Source: Saccostrea cucullata
Lineage: Eukaryota
Direction of reading: 5' to 3'
Length of the DNA: 64,000 nt
Assembly: GCF_032062105.1 (NCBI RefSeq)
Contig: NW_026937256.1
Span: 496,001-560,000, forward strand
The notes beneath the pieces are model-generated. The model was not told where the DNA came from. It did no database searches and was given only the letters and a program-made list of their open reading frames with translations. Below are positions 24,301 to 34,900 of the stretch, one piece after another. Numbering within the stretch: the first letter of the stretch is position 1; every line of letters starts with the position of its first letter. The position numbers were made by a program, and so were the translations under genes.

Positions 24301-25215
24301 CCTCTAGCAATACTTATAGGAGTGGCTATTTATAATTACCAAAAGGTAAGAAGATTATTTTATTATGGCGATGAATGTTGTACAAAACTATCATTAGTAC
24401 ATATTTGAAATGTATCTTCTTCAAATATGCATGTATATCTATGTTATAACACACGTGTATTTTGTGTGTGTCATGTTCAGCTTTGGTAATTAAGCTCTAA
24501 AAGTTTCCATATCTATTATTTGTCTTATTCTTTACTTATCGGTAGTAGTAATACCATAAATCTGGAAATTTTTGCTGTAAATAAATTTTTAGCAAATTTG
24601 CGAGTTCATTGCACATTCGCAAAAATATTTTTTCTGAAAAATAAAATACCAATAAGAAAATGTAAACAAAACAGAGGTCATTCGCAAAATTTTGAAACGT
24701 AAAAATTAACCAAACATAATTCATGTTTAATTGTACACAATATACATTATATTTACAATACACACATACGAATTCTTCAAAGAATTTTAATTTTAGATTA
24801 AAGGAAACAAGGAAAATTGACACATGAAGAAGACAAATAAATATAGCCTAAAATTTTTCTTATCATAACATATAGCATAAGTAATCATCTGAATACTGAA
24901 GCATAGAATAGTAATAGGTAGTGCTAGGTAGTTTCTATATCATTGAACATTTCAACTGGAATGTAAAACAAGTTTATACATGTAATTATATAGATGACCT
25001 CTACAGAAAGAAAAGAACAGTTCACATTTGATTTGATAATTTATTTCTCTTTTCAGTTATTACCAGTATTTTCAAAAGCCGTAGTCCAAATAAAAACTTT
25101 TATAGCAGCCAGTCAAAGTGAGGTTGCGCCTAGCAACGGTTTCAGTGAGCCAACCACATACTCCGCTAGTTTTACAGAGCAATCTAAAAAGAAAAGTAAA
25201 CCCAGAAAAACGTAA
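9379..25215 (+). CDS. NOMO: Nodal modulator / BOS complex subunit NOMO, type I ER membrane protein, 30 exons, 1177 aa
   Basis: Exons 9379-9507, 12244-12379, 12663-12763, 13203-13382, 14071-14148, 14296-14370, 14548-14682, 14948-15037, 15305-15361, 15753-15952, 16491-16665, 16940-17081, 17222-17289, 17536-17599, 17742-17878, 18102-18250, 18541-18639, 18828-18923, 19030-19112, 19362-19521, 19871-19997, 20267-20383, 20511-20638, 20897-21035, 22706-22789, 23110-23220, 23348-23449, 23743-23862, 24253-24345, 25057-25215. All GT-AG and phase-consistent; 3534 nt open. Signal peptide, then GCGGFVKSDVDINFSLVEVKLYT, KYQTDCAPN-GYYLIPLY, DINFRFTGF, VPFYKGEHIRFDVAP, WCWK, LSLSGG, PGQYYLRPMMKEYKFEP, SLNGEAEQGV, a TM segment (SVLALPLAILIGVAIYNY) and basic tail KKKSKPRKT, all characteristic of NOMO1-3. 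Confidence 0.96.
9554..10573. mobile_element. Mutator-like (MULE) non-autonomous foldback element with 9-bp TSD
   Basis: Termini GAGTGTTGGTAAAATGGGTAGGCAAA / TTTGCCTACCCATTTTACCAACACTC. Imperfect inverted arms of ~440 bp (9554-~9997, ~10142-10573). Perfect flanking duplication ATTTTATTG at 9545-9553 and 10574-10582. Confidence 0.9.
10801..11832. repeat. Compound inverted-repeat structure A-B-A'-B' (MITE-derived)
   Basis: 10801-~11208 is the diverged reverse complement of ~11310-11731, and 11209-11307 is the diverged reverse complement of 11734-11832. Confidence 0.85.
13375..13845 (+). repeat. Minisatellite of 18-bp unit TCTCACAGGTAACTCTTA spanning the NOMO exon 4 donor, with interspersed 31-bp variant
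   Basis: About 23 units read directly. The 31-bp unit TCTCACAGATCCTATACCTAAATGATGGTTA occurs 4 times, giving an (18+18+31) 67-bp higher-order repeat. Confidence 0.95.
15402..15557. mobile_element. Truncated Tc1/mariner(pogo)-type MITE
   Basis: Starts TA|CAGTAAAACTCGGTT, with repeated (C/T)TATATCCGT motifs; right TIR incomplete. Confidence 0.5.
15930..16019 (+). repeat. Two-copy tandem duplication (53-bp period) of the NOMO exon 10 donor junction
   Basis: ATACAAGACATcaTAGCATCAGG|GTCAGTATACAAAT at 15930 and ATACAAGACATtgTAGCATCAGG|GTCAGTATACAAAT at 15983, separated by a poly-C tract. Confidence 0.9.
21012..21678 (+). repeat. Minisatellite of ~37-bp unit CCTACAGGATCAGAGGACTGCAG|GTACTGTATAAAGT spanning the NOMO exon 24 donor
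   Basis: About 18 diverged units. The first unit starts inside the coding exon (YRIRGLQ) and includes the true donor at 21036. Confidence 0.95.
21708..22628. mobile_element. Tc1/mariner-type MITE with TA target duplication
   Basis: TA|CAGGTGACTCTCGA ... TCGAGAGTCACCAG|TA, with internal repeats of TTCGAGAGATAG near both ends. Confidence 0.85.
23943..24148. mobile_element. Short TA-flanked MITE
   Basis: TA|CTGTGAAATCAC ... GTGATTTTACAG|TA, with internal inverted TTTTCGTGG/CCACGAAAA. Confidence 0.75.
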
Positions 25216-25235
25216 TGACTAAAGAGAAATAAGAA

Positions 25236-25419
25236 TACACATATATAATAATTATCTACAGATTATTTATGGTTGAATATTATCTGATATCATAATGGGT
25301 TTAAGAGTTAAAACTTTTCAATCATTTATTTAGTACACATATATAATAATTATATACAGATTATTTATGGTTGAATATTATCTGATATAATAATGGCTTT
25401 AAGAGTTAAAAATTTTCAA
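25236..25419 (+). repeat. 98-bp period tandem duplication in the NOMO 3' UTR
   Basis: TACACATATATAATAATTAT..AAGAGTTAAAA..TTTTCAA at 25236 and again at 25334, with few mismatches. Confidence 0.9.
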
Positions 25420-26586
25420 CCTTTTTTTTTTTTTGGATAGGAAATCTGATTTCAAACTATTTTTGATTATTGTGATGAAAGACTAAGAGGAATTCAACAT
25501 ACATGTATCTGTATATTGTGTTTGTGTATACATGTGTCCATTTATTCTTTTTTATTTATCACAGCCTTTAAAAACTGTGAGCATGATTCAAGAATGTTAG
25601 TGCGAGTGTAGGAGTGAGTTTGATTGGACAAAAGTTTGTGCAATATAGTTGCTATTCATGAAAATTATGTGGATGAATTTTAAGTATGTTGTTAATTTTA
25701 TGAGAAAAAAATCACCATTTTTTGAAATATTTTTTTGTAGCCCTGTACAGTTTCGTATATATTTTATATTGGTGCAAAAACTTTTTGATCATGTTAACAC
25801 CTAATGGAAAGAATTTGATGACTTAAGCAAATTCTATTTCTTCTTGTAACCATAGGGGCAATGACCTTCACAGATATCATGTTAAGTGTTTGTAGCAAAT
25901 CATAGAGTGCATAGGAAATACCTGATCATGAAATATGGATATACTGAATCATGTCGATGAGTAAAGCAAAGCAAGAAGTGCATGAAGAATACCTGAATCA
26001 TGACAGTGTTTATATCAAAGGTGTGCACAAAGAATACTAGAATGTGTATTTTGTCAGTGTTTAGATTGTGTGTATGTTCTTTTTTATGCCAAGATTGTGA
26101 ATTAAATGCTAGACATTAGTGTGTGTTTGAAAGGACTTGTATCAAATCTGCAACATGCCAAGATGAATGAATGTCACATCTTGTTGATCTCGAAAAACCT
26201 TGTAAGTTTTCTGAATACATGTATTTGTATATTGGAAGAGTAATATAAAGAATGATATTCCCATCTCTATTTTTTTTTCTCTGTGATAACTCTTTGAAAG
26301 TTAGCGGAGTTGATTTCTTGATAATTCTACCAGAATGTAAATTAGGCAGTCGATAGGTCAGGAGCTAAGGAGGCCTAATATGCATGCAAATCTCATGCAC
26401 ATCTGTCTCTGTATCTGATGCTAAGGAGGCCAAATATGCATGTAAATCTCGTGCGGCTGCCTTTGTGTTTGACGTCAGTGGGTGAGGACTATCGAAATTG
26501 GCATGGGAGGCCTCGTGTAATTTAAATCTATGTCAACATTTTTAAAGTCTAAATCTACAATTTTATTTCACAATGAAATGGAAATA

Positions 26587-26812
26587 TAAGGAATCACTGT
26601 CTAGTTAGTATAGTATGCCAGGAACATCAACAATAGTGGGAAACATGGGATAATTTATGCATAATGGGCTTCACCCCTTATGCAAATTAACGATAGTGGG
26701 AAACATGGGATAATTTATGCATAATGGGCTTCGCCCCTTATGCAAATTATCCCATGTTTCCCACTATTGTTGATGCCCTTGCATACTATACCAACTAGAC
26801 AGTGATTCCTTA
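26587..26812. mobile_element. Palindromic hairpin MITE with internal 60-bp duplication
   Basis: TAAGGAATCACTGTCTAGTT ... AACTAGACAGTGATTCCTTA, near-perfect arms around a GGGCTTCGCCC centre. The centre segment is duplicated (26633 and 26693). Confidence 0.85.
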
Positions 26813-26879
26813 AAACAACAACTCATAGAAATGATAAATATACTTACCTTGTCATTAGTCATTTGAAAAATTATTTTGT

Positions 26880-28150
26880 TTAGAAACATTCTAATTGTAC
26901 AAACAAGTACTCTAAAGGTGATACATGTATTAAAATGATGCGCAAGTTTCTGATTGACAGTATCTATGTGGTTTTTGGGGACCTCATCTTCCAACAATCT
27001 ATTAGAATTCCCATGGGTACCAATTGCACCTCGTTATTAGCAGACATAATTTTGTATTCCTATGAAGCAGAATTTCTCCAAAATCTTATATGTGAAAAGA
27101 AGGAAACTCTTCCTGTGGCCTTCAACTGACATTTAGATATATTGATGACATATTGTTAATTAACAATGGTTATTTCCATTCTCATGTCAATAGGATACAG
27201 TATATCCCGACAAGCTTGAAAAAAAGGTACCACAGAGTATGACACATCTGTTTCATATTTAGATATTCTACTTGAGAAAGACATTAATGATAATCTAACA
27301 ACCAAGCTTTTTGACAAAAGAGATGACTTTAAATCAACTTTTCAATTGTCAATTTCCCATGCTTATGATGCAATATACCTTCATCACCTGCTAATGGGGT
27401 TTTTATCTCGCAGTTGATTCAGTTCTATATATGAACAATTTTTAAAACGAGGTAAGTAAGTTATGGACAAACAAGTTGCTGAAACAAGAATATCACCAGT
27501 TTCGTTTAAAGTCATCATTACATTTATCATCCTACGTGTAATTGTTAGGTCATCATATACACACTGAATTGTCTATGGAGTTTTCCGTTATTTCCCGATC
27601 ATGACAAAACTTCTGATGTTCTGGAGGTCCTTGTTTGCTTGCTCCTATTTTGTATCGTTTTATGGTCCGTTTTCATATTTAGATATTCTACTTGAGAAAG
27701 ACATTAATGATAATCTAACAACCAAGCTTTTTGACAAAAGAGATGACTTTAAATCAACTTTGCAATTGTCAATTTCCCATGCTTATGATGCAATATACCT
27801 TCATCACCTGCTAATGGGGTTTTTATCTCGCAGTTGATTCAGTTCTACATATGAACAATTTTTAAAACGAGGTAAGTAAGTTATGGACAAACAAGTTGCT
27901 GAAACAAGAATAGGAGTTTAAAGTCATCATTACATTTATCATCCTACGTGTAATTGTTAGGTCATCATATACACACTGAATTGTCTATGGAGTTTTCCGT
28001 TATTTCCCGATCATGACAAGGAGCTTGTGACTTGTCGGCAGGGGATCCCACTTCTGATGTTCTGGAGGTCCTTGTTTGCTCTGCTCCTATTTTGTATCGT
28101 TTTATGGACTTTTTAACTTGAATACTGTCCGTTTTCTCCATATATTTCAT
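26880..28150 (+). mobile_element. Decayed Penelope-like retroelement (RT C-terminal half and 3' tail) with tandem duplication of the 3' part
   Basis: Peptides FLIDSIYVVFGDLIFQQSIRIPMGTNCTSLLADIILYSYE, frameshifted FRYIDDILLINN, and SYLDILL..TTKLFDKRDDF, which are PLE RT motifs. Segment 27251-27670 is repeated from 27671 onward. Multiple frameshifts are present. Confidence 0.85.
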
Positions 28151-28696
28151 ATTTAATCTTTACATGCAAAATGGCAATTTTTAGAATAGAATGTTTTACA
28201 TGTATATAAAACACGACAATTTTAATACATGATTGAATAATTCCTATCCCTCTGATAGGCTGAGACCTTTCAAATGTTCCGGCCCTTCTTTTAACTACAT
28301 TCCCAGTGGAACCATCATTATATTAAAGTGATGTTAATAAATATATTGGTAGTTAAAAATGAATACTTAAAAGCAATCGTCTTGGGGCTTACAGGGACCT
28401 ACCACGTTTCACAGAATACCTTCATTTTTATCATGAATTCCGTTGCAGATGATGCCAGACATTGGGCTAAATATCAAACGAAAGACCAGAACTCGGTCAG
28501 AATGTTTAAGTGTTTTAGAACGTTAATAAATAGCCGTGTCAAAAAATTAAGGTATTCAATGTATAACGAACAAATTTTAGCATTTTGAAGATAAATGTTC
28601 ACACACACACACAAAAAACAAAAAACAAAAACGGAGACAGTACCGTGAGGATGAAAATAGATACCGAACGGTATTCAATAGGGTCTGTACCTAAAG

Positions 28697-28890
28697 TTAT
28701 GAAAACAGATATTTATTTAAAGTTATAATACAGACCACTAACACTTCGTGAGAATATGTGGCAATAGATGAATCCACTGAAACAAGACAAAATGGAAACA
28801 GAGCAAACCCCTGAACCCTAAAAATATCAGAGACGGGATCAGATGCCATGAAGGAGTAAGCACCGCCAGTCAAATGGTGGTACCCGCATC
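28697..28890 (-). mobile_element. Inverted 3'-tail fragment of a Penelope-like element
   Basis: Minus strand reads GGTGCTTACTCCTTCATGGCATCTGATCCCGTCTCTGATATTTTTAGGGTTCAGGGGTTTGCTCTG, similar to GATCCCACTTCTGATGTTCTGGAGGTCCTTGTTTGCTCTG at 28043-28082. Confidence 0.6.
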
Positions 28891-29565
28891 GTGCTCTTGT
28901 CATAATCTGGTCAATGGACAAATCTGTTGACGACTCATTGTAAAATGTCAGTCAACGTTTGACTTAATGATAGATTGTATGTTGACAAGGTCGTTGTATT
29001 GACGAAAAAAATTGCGATATGTTGATATTAATCAAGACTGTTGATATCTTTGTTTTGTCAACTTGTTTGTCAATAGTTTGTTTCGTTTCAGAAATTGTTT
29101 TTACGTATACCATGCCTTTTAACTGTTTTGATAGTAGTAACCTTTTTGATTTTTGACTCAAATACGTTGTACCTCTATGCAGGTGCCTTCATCTGACCCT
29201 GAAAAGAAGCTTTTTGAAAAAGTATTGAGAACAGCAGCCTAACGTGCCGACAAGCAGATGAACAAAGGGGTAAGGTGCATGGGTACAATATGACATTCAA
29301 TGTAGGTCTTAAAAGGAGGGGGTAACAATACGACTGAATATTGTGATATGCATATATATCATGATGATACACATGAAATGTATAATGATACATATTATGA
29401 TATTTCAACTTCCGTTAATTTTTAGTTTTTCAAATTGATCTGGAATGGAATCAAGGAGACATCCTTTTAAAACCCTCTCAAAAAGAGTAGCACCACAATT
29501 AAACATAATACTACCCAAGCATCTTCAGACATAGTGGATTAATTAAATCGTGGTTCCCAGTTGTT

Positions 29566-29654
29566 CTGTCATGTTCTGAATTTTGAATTTACCGGGTATA
29601 CTAAATTTTGTATTTTACTCCCACCCGGTAAATTCAAACTTTAGAACATGACAG
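29566..29654. repeat. Short hairpin inverted repeat (MITE remnant)
   Basis: CTGTCATGTTCTGAATTTTGAATTTACCGGGT ... ACCCGGTAAATTCAAACTTTAGAACATGACAG. Confidence 0.8.
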
Positions 29655-29770
29655 TTGATAATGGATCAAAATTTTTCACTGAACATGGATACAAGAAACC
29701 ACTTCCAAATTCTTCTAGTGAAGAAAATTGAGGCAAAATCACAGTTGAAAACTTGTATAGGCCCTTAAAA

Positions 29771-30083
29771 AAACTAGAGGTACTGTGAGCAATGAGGTCA
29801 CTAAATGATACCCCCCCCCGCCTCCCATATGGTTATAATGGCAAAGTCCATGTTTTGCTGTGTCCGGGAAACCCAAAATATGTGTCGGATCAAAAAGTAA
29901 AATGGGAGGTGCACAATGGCAATATGTAACAAAGATTCTGTGAAAGTTTCATTAAATTTCACCTAGAGGTATAAGAGGAGTTGCGGATAAGAGATGGGTA
30001 CCCCAAAGCGTAACAGACAGACAGACGGACGGACATACCGATTACAGTACACCCTCCGACTTTTCAAGCGGGGTATAAAAAAA
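29771..30083 (-). mobile_element. Short Helentron/HINE-like element
   Basis: AAACTAG end with hairpin, subterminal IR ATACCCC..CGC / GCGGGGTAT, (GACA)n(GACG)n microsatellite and A-run end. An inverted partial copy lies at 30216-30340. Confidence 0.75.
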
Positions 30084-30603
30084 CGTTCGTATTCAAAGTT
30101 GTTTCTTGCATTTTTATGTGAATCGAAATGATTTGAATAAAACTTAGTGTACAGTTCGATTGATTTAATTATTTAATTGATTTTAACGATTGGGGGAGTT
30201 GGGGTGTTGTGTTCATTTCTTATCCGCAACTCCTTTTTGAAATTTGAAAACAATATTACTTCTCTATTTTAACAGTTTAGCAAAACATGGACTTTGTCAT
30301 CAGTTATAATCATATCGCTCATTGCTCACAATCTGTTTTTAACCTTGATAAAGCTCTGAACATCCAGACGTTACAGGCTGCAATAGCAGCACCAGGTTGC
30401 CTTTCCTTGTTGTTTTAATGGTTAAATAGATAAAGAAAAATATTTTGGACACTGTGAGGGGGTACTTGTCATAATTTGTGCAATAAAGGCCCAAAACATG
30501 AATTTTGAATTGAATTTTTTTCTTTCTCCACTAGATTATCTTAAAGCATTGTATGAGTGTCTTGTTGAAAGACGGACTGTAAGGTAATGGATGAGTGTAG
30601 TTC

Positions 30604-30606
<3 letters not shown>

Positions 30607-30678
<72 letters not shown>
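30607..30678. repeat. (GA)36 microsatellite
   Basis: Perfect GA dinucleotide run. Confidence 0.98.
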
Positions 30679-30682
<4 letters not shown>

Positions 30683-31699
30683 TTAATGAAATGTTGCCTA
30701 TAACCATGCCATAAGATATGAATAAAAAATGGCTCGCATCTAGAGATTATAGTTAGACCATAGAACCTTGAAGATGGATGTCCCACTCACCCACCCCTTT
30801 TTCATAAAAATCTCTCAAAAATATATTCCCTGTCGATCACATCCATGTGTAATTGTAGCAAATAGTTTTAAAAGTACTCTTTTTTTATTTTTAGAAATTA
30901 TAAAAAATATACAATGATCAGTCTCTAGACGTGATAAAAGTATACAATCTGCGCCCATTGAACTACGGATGTAGTGGCTGATGGAAAAATCTCATATTTT
31001 TGTGAAATGCTACGGTCTTACATTATTTTACTATCGTATTTTTCCCTTTTAAAGATCCCCCCAACACCAACACCACCAATACCTTTTTTTAATGCTGTAA
31101 GGTCGAACACTGGCAAGTTCCAGGATTTGGACGCCAGATAATGAATAAATTATTGGTGGGGGGAGGAGGAGGGTGCTCGTCAGATATATTTTGGGAAGCC
31201 CCCTCCCTCTCTCGCTTTGGTCATTTAAGGAGTTTTTAATTAATTTTTTTTGGTAGTGTTGTCTGTGCGTGTGCTTTTTGTTTTTGTTTTTTGAATGTGT
31301 GTGTGTGCTTGCAAGCCCCCCCCCCCCACACTTTGAAACCAGGCATGCTTTGCGATGCCAAAGCCTGCACTGTATTCGAACTGATAATTTTTAGCCGACA
31401 AACTCTATTAAGATTAACTATATAACTATACATAGCTAAAATGTCCATAAATTGAATTATAATCTTTCTTAATCGACTTTGAAATAATATTCTGTCATGC
31501 GTTGGTACCAAAATTCAGTTGCCCCCTCCCCCTTCCTCATTCAAGTCGTCCTCTAAAAGTTACGTTCTGTCATTCTACTTAAACAGTTAAATGTCCAAAG
31601 CCGAAAGATCTATAACTCAACCAACATTTTTCCCACACCATATGGCATACACGTACATATATAACAATATGCAGCAGACTTCACAATCTAAGAAGACTT

Positions 31700-31907
31700 C
31701 TCAAGTTTTCAAAAGAGTGAATCGTTCGTCTCACAATCAAAGGGGCACAACTCCCGCCAAAAATCTTATATTGAACTGTCATGTGCTCCTACGTCACGAG
31801 GCCAAAGGGCAGAGTGTAATGTGTACACCGAAGAAAAAAGATCGTCAATATACACATGGATTTGTAAATACACAAAAGTTGAGATATTTTCTGATTCCGG
31901 TGAACTA
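31700..31907 (+). promoter_or_regulatory. Probable promoter/5' UTR of the MYRF-like gene
   Basis: Local CpG enrichment, CRE-like TACGTCAC (~31788), TCCCGCCAAA E2F-like site (~31752) and ETS-like TTCCGG just upstream of the ATG at 31908. These are motif matches only. Confidence 0.4.
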
Positions 31908-34900
31908 ATGGAAGTCCTAACGGACGACCAGGCTATGCGAGACGCCATAGGTAAGTGGGATGTCGTCCACAGAAAAAAACGTTAGAAACTTCGCTAAAGT
32001 ATCACTAGGTTTCCGGTACAAAAAGAGAGTTTAAGTTGACGAAGACGTTTTCATTCGGTGAAAAAAGTGTCAGAGTTTGGTTGTTTACACTTGACGATGT
32101 ATTGAAATGAGTGATTTTTATAAGGTTTACTATTCAGTTGATTGTGTTTTTGTTGTTAGTATAAATGTAATGTCTTGGAGGTGCCATAGTGTTACTTTTT
32201 GCAGTCAATAACGGATTCTGTTTGTCAAGCTCAGTCAGTGTTGAGTCTGTGAAATGGGGTCAGTGGGTATTCACCGGCCCACAGGTCGCTACTATTGGTT
32301 CCTCAAGTTTTCCTCATCACCCAAGGACCTTAGAATTTCTGCTCTTTGAAGAAAAGTTTACTAAAAGAATATTTGACAAACAAAAGGACACAAAGTGAAA
32401 GAGAAGACTTAATTAACAAAGCCCATCTCGGCAGAAATTCTGGCATCATAAATGTGCATGAGGTGAACACACGTACTAAACAATGCAATTATAGTTTTAT
32501 AACTTGGTCAATATATGTACAAACTATACATGTTATCTTCAGGTCAAAGATAAATTAATGTGTCCCAAAACAAAGACCCCAAATATTGATGCTGCAAGTC
32601 ATATGCAAAAAATGCTACACACAAAAAGAGATACTTATTAAAATTTCTGAAATTCTTGTTTGAATAATAAGAGATTATTTTTTGAAAATCAAGAGATTTA
32701 CAAGTTATTATTCAAATCTACTGGTGGGAAAAATTGAATATTGAAAACAATAATTTATATTCACACTTATAAATGTATCTCAATTTTTTGGAACCAATTA
32801 TTTTGATTTGTCATAAAATAATATGAGTGTAAATATTACCAACATAGAACAATAGAATTTATTAGTAGTACAATTATTTCAGGATATATTCCCATTATTT
32901 TCTTTGAATAAATAGAGTTTGTACTTTACACTTTTTGAGGGTTTATAAAATTTTGTGTACATGGCACACACAAGTGTGCTACTATTTGTTCTTGGTGTCC
33001 CTATTGATTTAAAAATCTCAGTGGCTATCAATATAGTGAATTATTGACTAGTAACCTGTTAATTGTGATAGTGGTACTTGTATTATTGCTTCTGTCTAAA
33101 TTTGCCTCAAAGAGTCTGAGAGATAAAAATTTAATGCCAGGTACGGCTGGCACACCTTATAATTATCTGAAGCCTATTTCAGTTTCTATCAAATGTTTTG
33201 GCTATGAATCACGATCAATTATTTTCCAGTAAATCAAAAAAGATTTCAGACCTAATTGTGCTTCATATTTTTCCCCAGTTTTCTTTTTTTAGAAAACACA
33301 TTAAAAGTATACGACCCACAGGCATAAACATTTTGTTTCTCTTGTTAAAATCCATAGTGGCAACAAAAACTTCCAAGTGTGAAAACATTGAAAATTTGTG
33401 TATAGGATCTCTCGACTCTGTCAAAATCAGATCATAGAATTAAATTCCAAAAACAGGATAAAATCGGATAAATTAATGTAAGTTTAAATAATATATATCT
33501 AACGTTTTAAAAGTCAAAATAAGAAAATATTTTGATATGGGAACGGCTGGTTAAGTGTGAGCATGGCATCCCATAGAACAGAATAGAATACAATAGAATT
33601 ACTAAATTCGTGCCTAATGGAAAAATACTGTATGTGTACATAATTTGGCATGTTTAAAATTTAGTGCAATCAATCCATATGGAGTTGGCATAATCATGAA
33701 TTTAAGTGCTACTCATGTCTGTGGTGATACTGTATTTATGAATTATTTCTCAGTGGTATTCTTGAATTAGTGCATCATTGTCCCCACAAAGCTGCTAAAA
33801 TACGAATCCTGCTTATTTAAGTACAGATACAGTGCTAGTTACACCTTTGTCCTATGACTAGGTACAGACAATACACAGGGCCATCTTTAAAGCGTGTTCG
33901 TTTACCCTCTCCAAAATTAGGGTAGTTGAAAATTTCACAAACTTTTTGATGACTTTATGAGAAAATCCTGTGGAAAAGGATTTTTAAAAAATATTGTTTC
34001 TTGCAGGTCCATAAAAAGTTTTGAGTTGAGTCATTTTTAAGTCAGTTGGTCGGAAGAGGGCAAAAAAACAATTTTTTAAAGATGGCCAATGTAGGAAGAA
34101 TCTTGGTGTCTTTAGTGGTATTTTGGTGATAAAGATTCCATAGCTTAACAACAGATGTGCTTGAAACAATGAAATGTTACAGTAACATTACCTCCCCCCC
34201 CCAACACCACCAATAGTACCATACCAATGATTTTCAAAGGACAACTATGATAATGAACTCAGTTTTCTGTTTGGATTACATTGTACAATTTTATTTGTGA
34301 CAGTGTAAGGTTAATTTTCTTGTCTATATCTCCCTCTTATATCTGTAGCATGATATCAAAATTTCAGAACTTTCTCAGAACCTTAGCTTTGTTTTCATGC
34401 TAGTACTTCAAACTAGGTTATGTTGTGTAGCAGTTGATTTTTTAGTCTCTGCATGCACTGTAACACTTAACTTCTCAGTTTTTTGGAAAGCGGTCTTTCT
34501 GTAGTGAGAACTCGTTCCGTCCTTCGGATGTGACTCAGAAATGCTTCCTCTTCAGAACATATGTGTGTTTTAATTTTTGTAAGTTTTTTTGATGTCATTG
34601 GTTGAGGTTCTCAAAGAAAGGGGGAAATATGCTCATGATATATTCCATTACACTCAGGGCTGAACAGATAATAGTAAATACAAAGTCAAGAATGCCATGA
34701 TAAAAAAAAATTCACTCATCAATGTCCAGAATGCAGTATGCTTAATATGTAGAATAAAGTTCGCAATATAACAAACCCTTTTAATTTTACATAATCGTAA
34801 GTATAAAATGCATTTGACATGACTAATTTTGAAGTCTGAATGTTAGGTATTAAAATGTTTAAAGATCAAATAAATAATACCAATAAGATGAACAAACAAT

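Noticed and set aside
27127-27129. TGA in the Penelope-like RT as possible selenocysteine
   Set aside because: The following FRYIDD motif is in a different frame, so the TGA arises from a 1-nt deletion rather than in-frame readthrough.
32107-32124. Alternative first coding exon MSDFYK|GTTTAC
   Set aside because: Weak donor, and phase 0 is incompatible with the phase-1 exon at 44941. A non-coding alternative exon cannot be excluded.
34561-34584. Plus-strand ATG...|GTAAGT mini-exon
   Set aside because: Phase 0, and no supporting peptide similarity.
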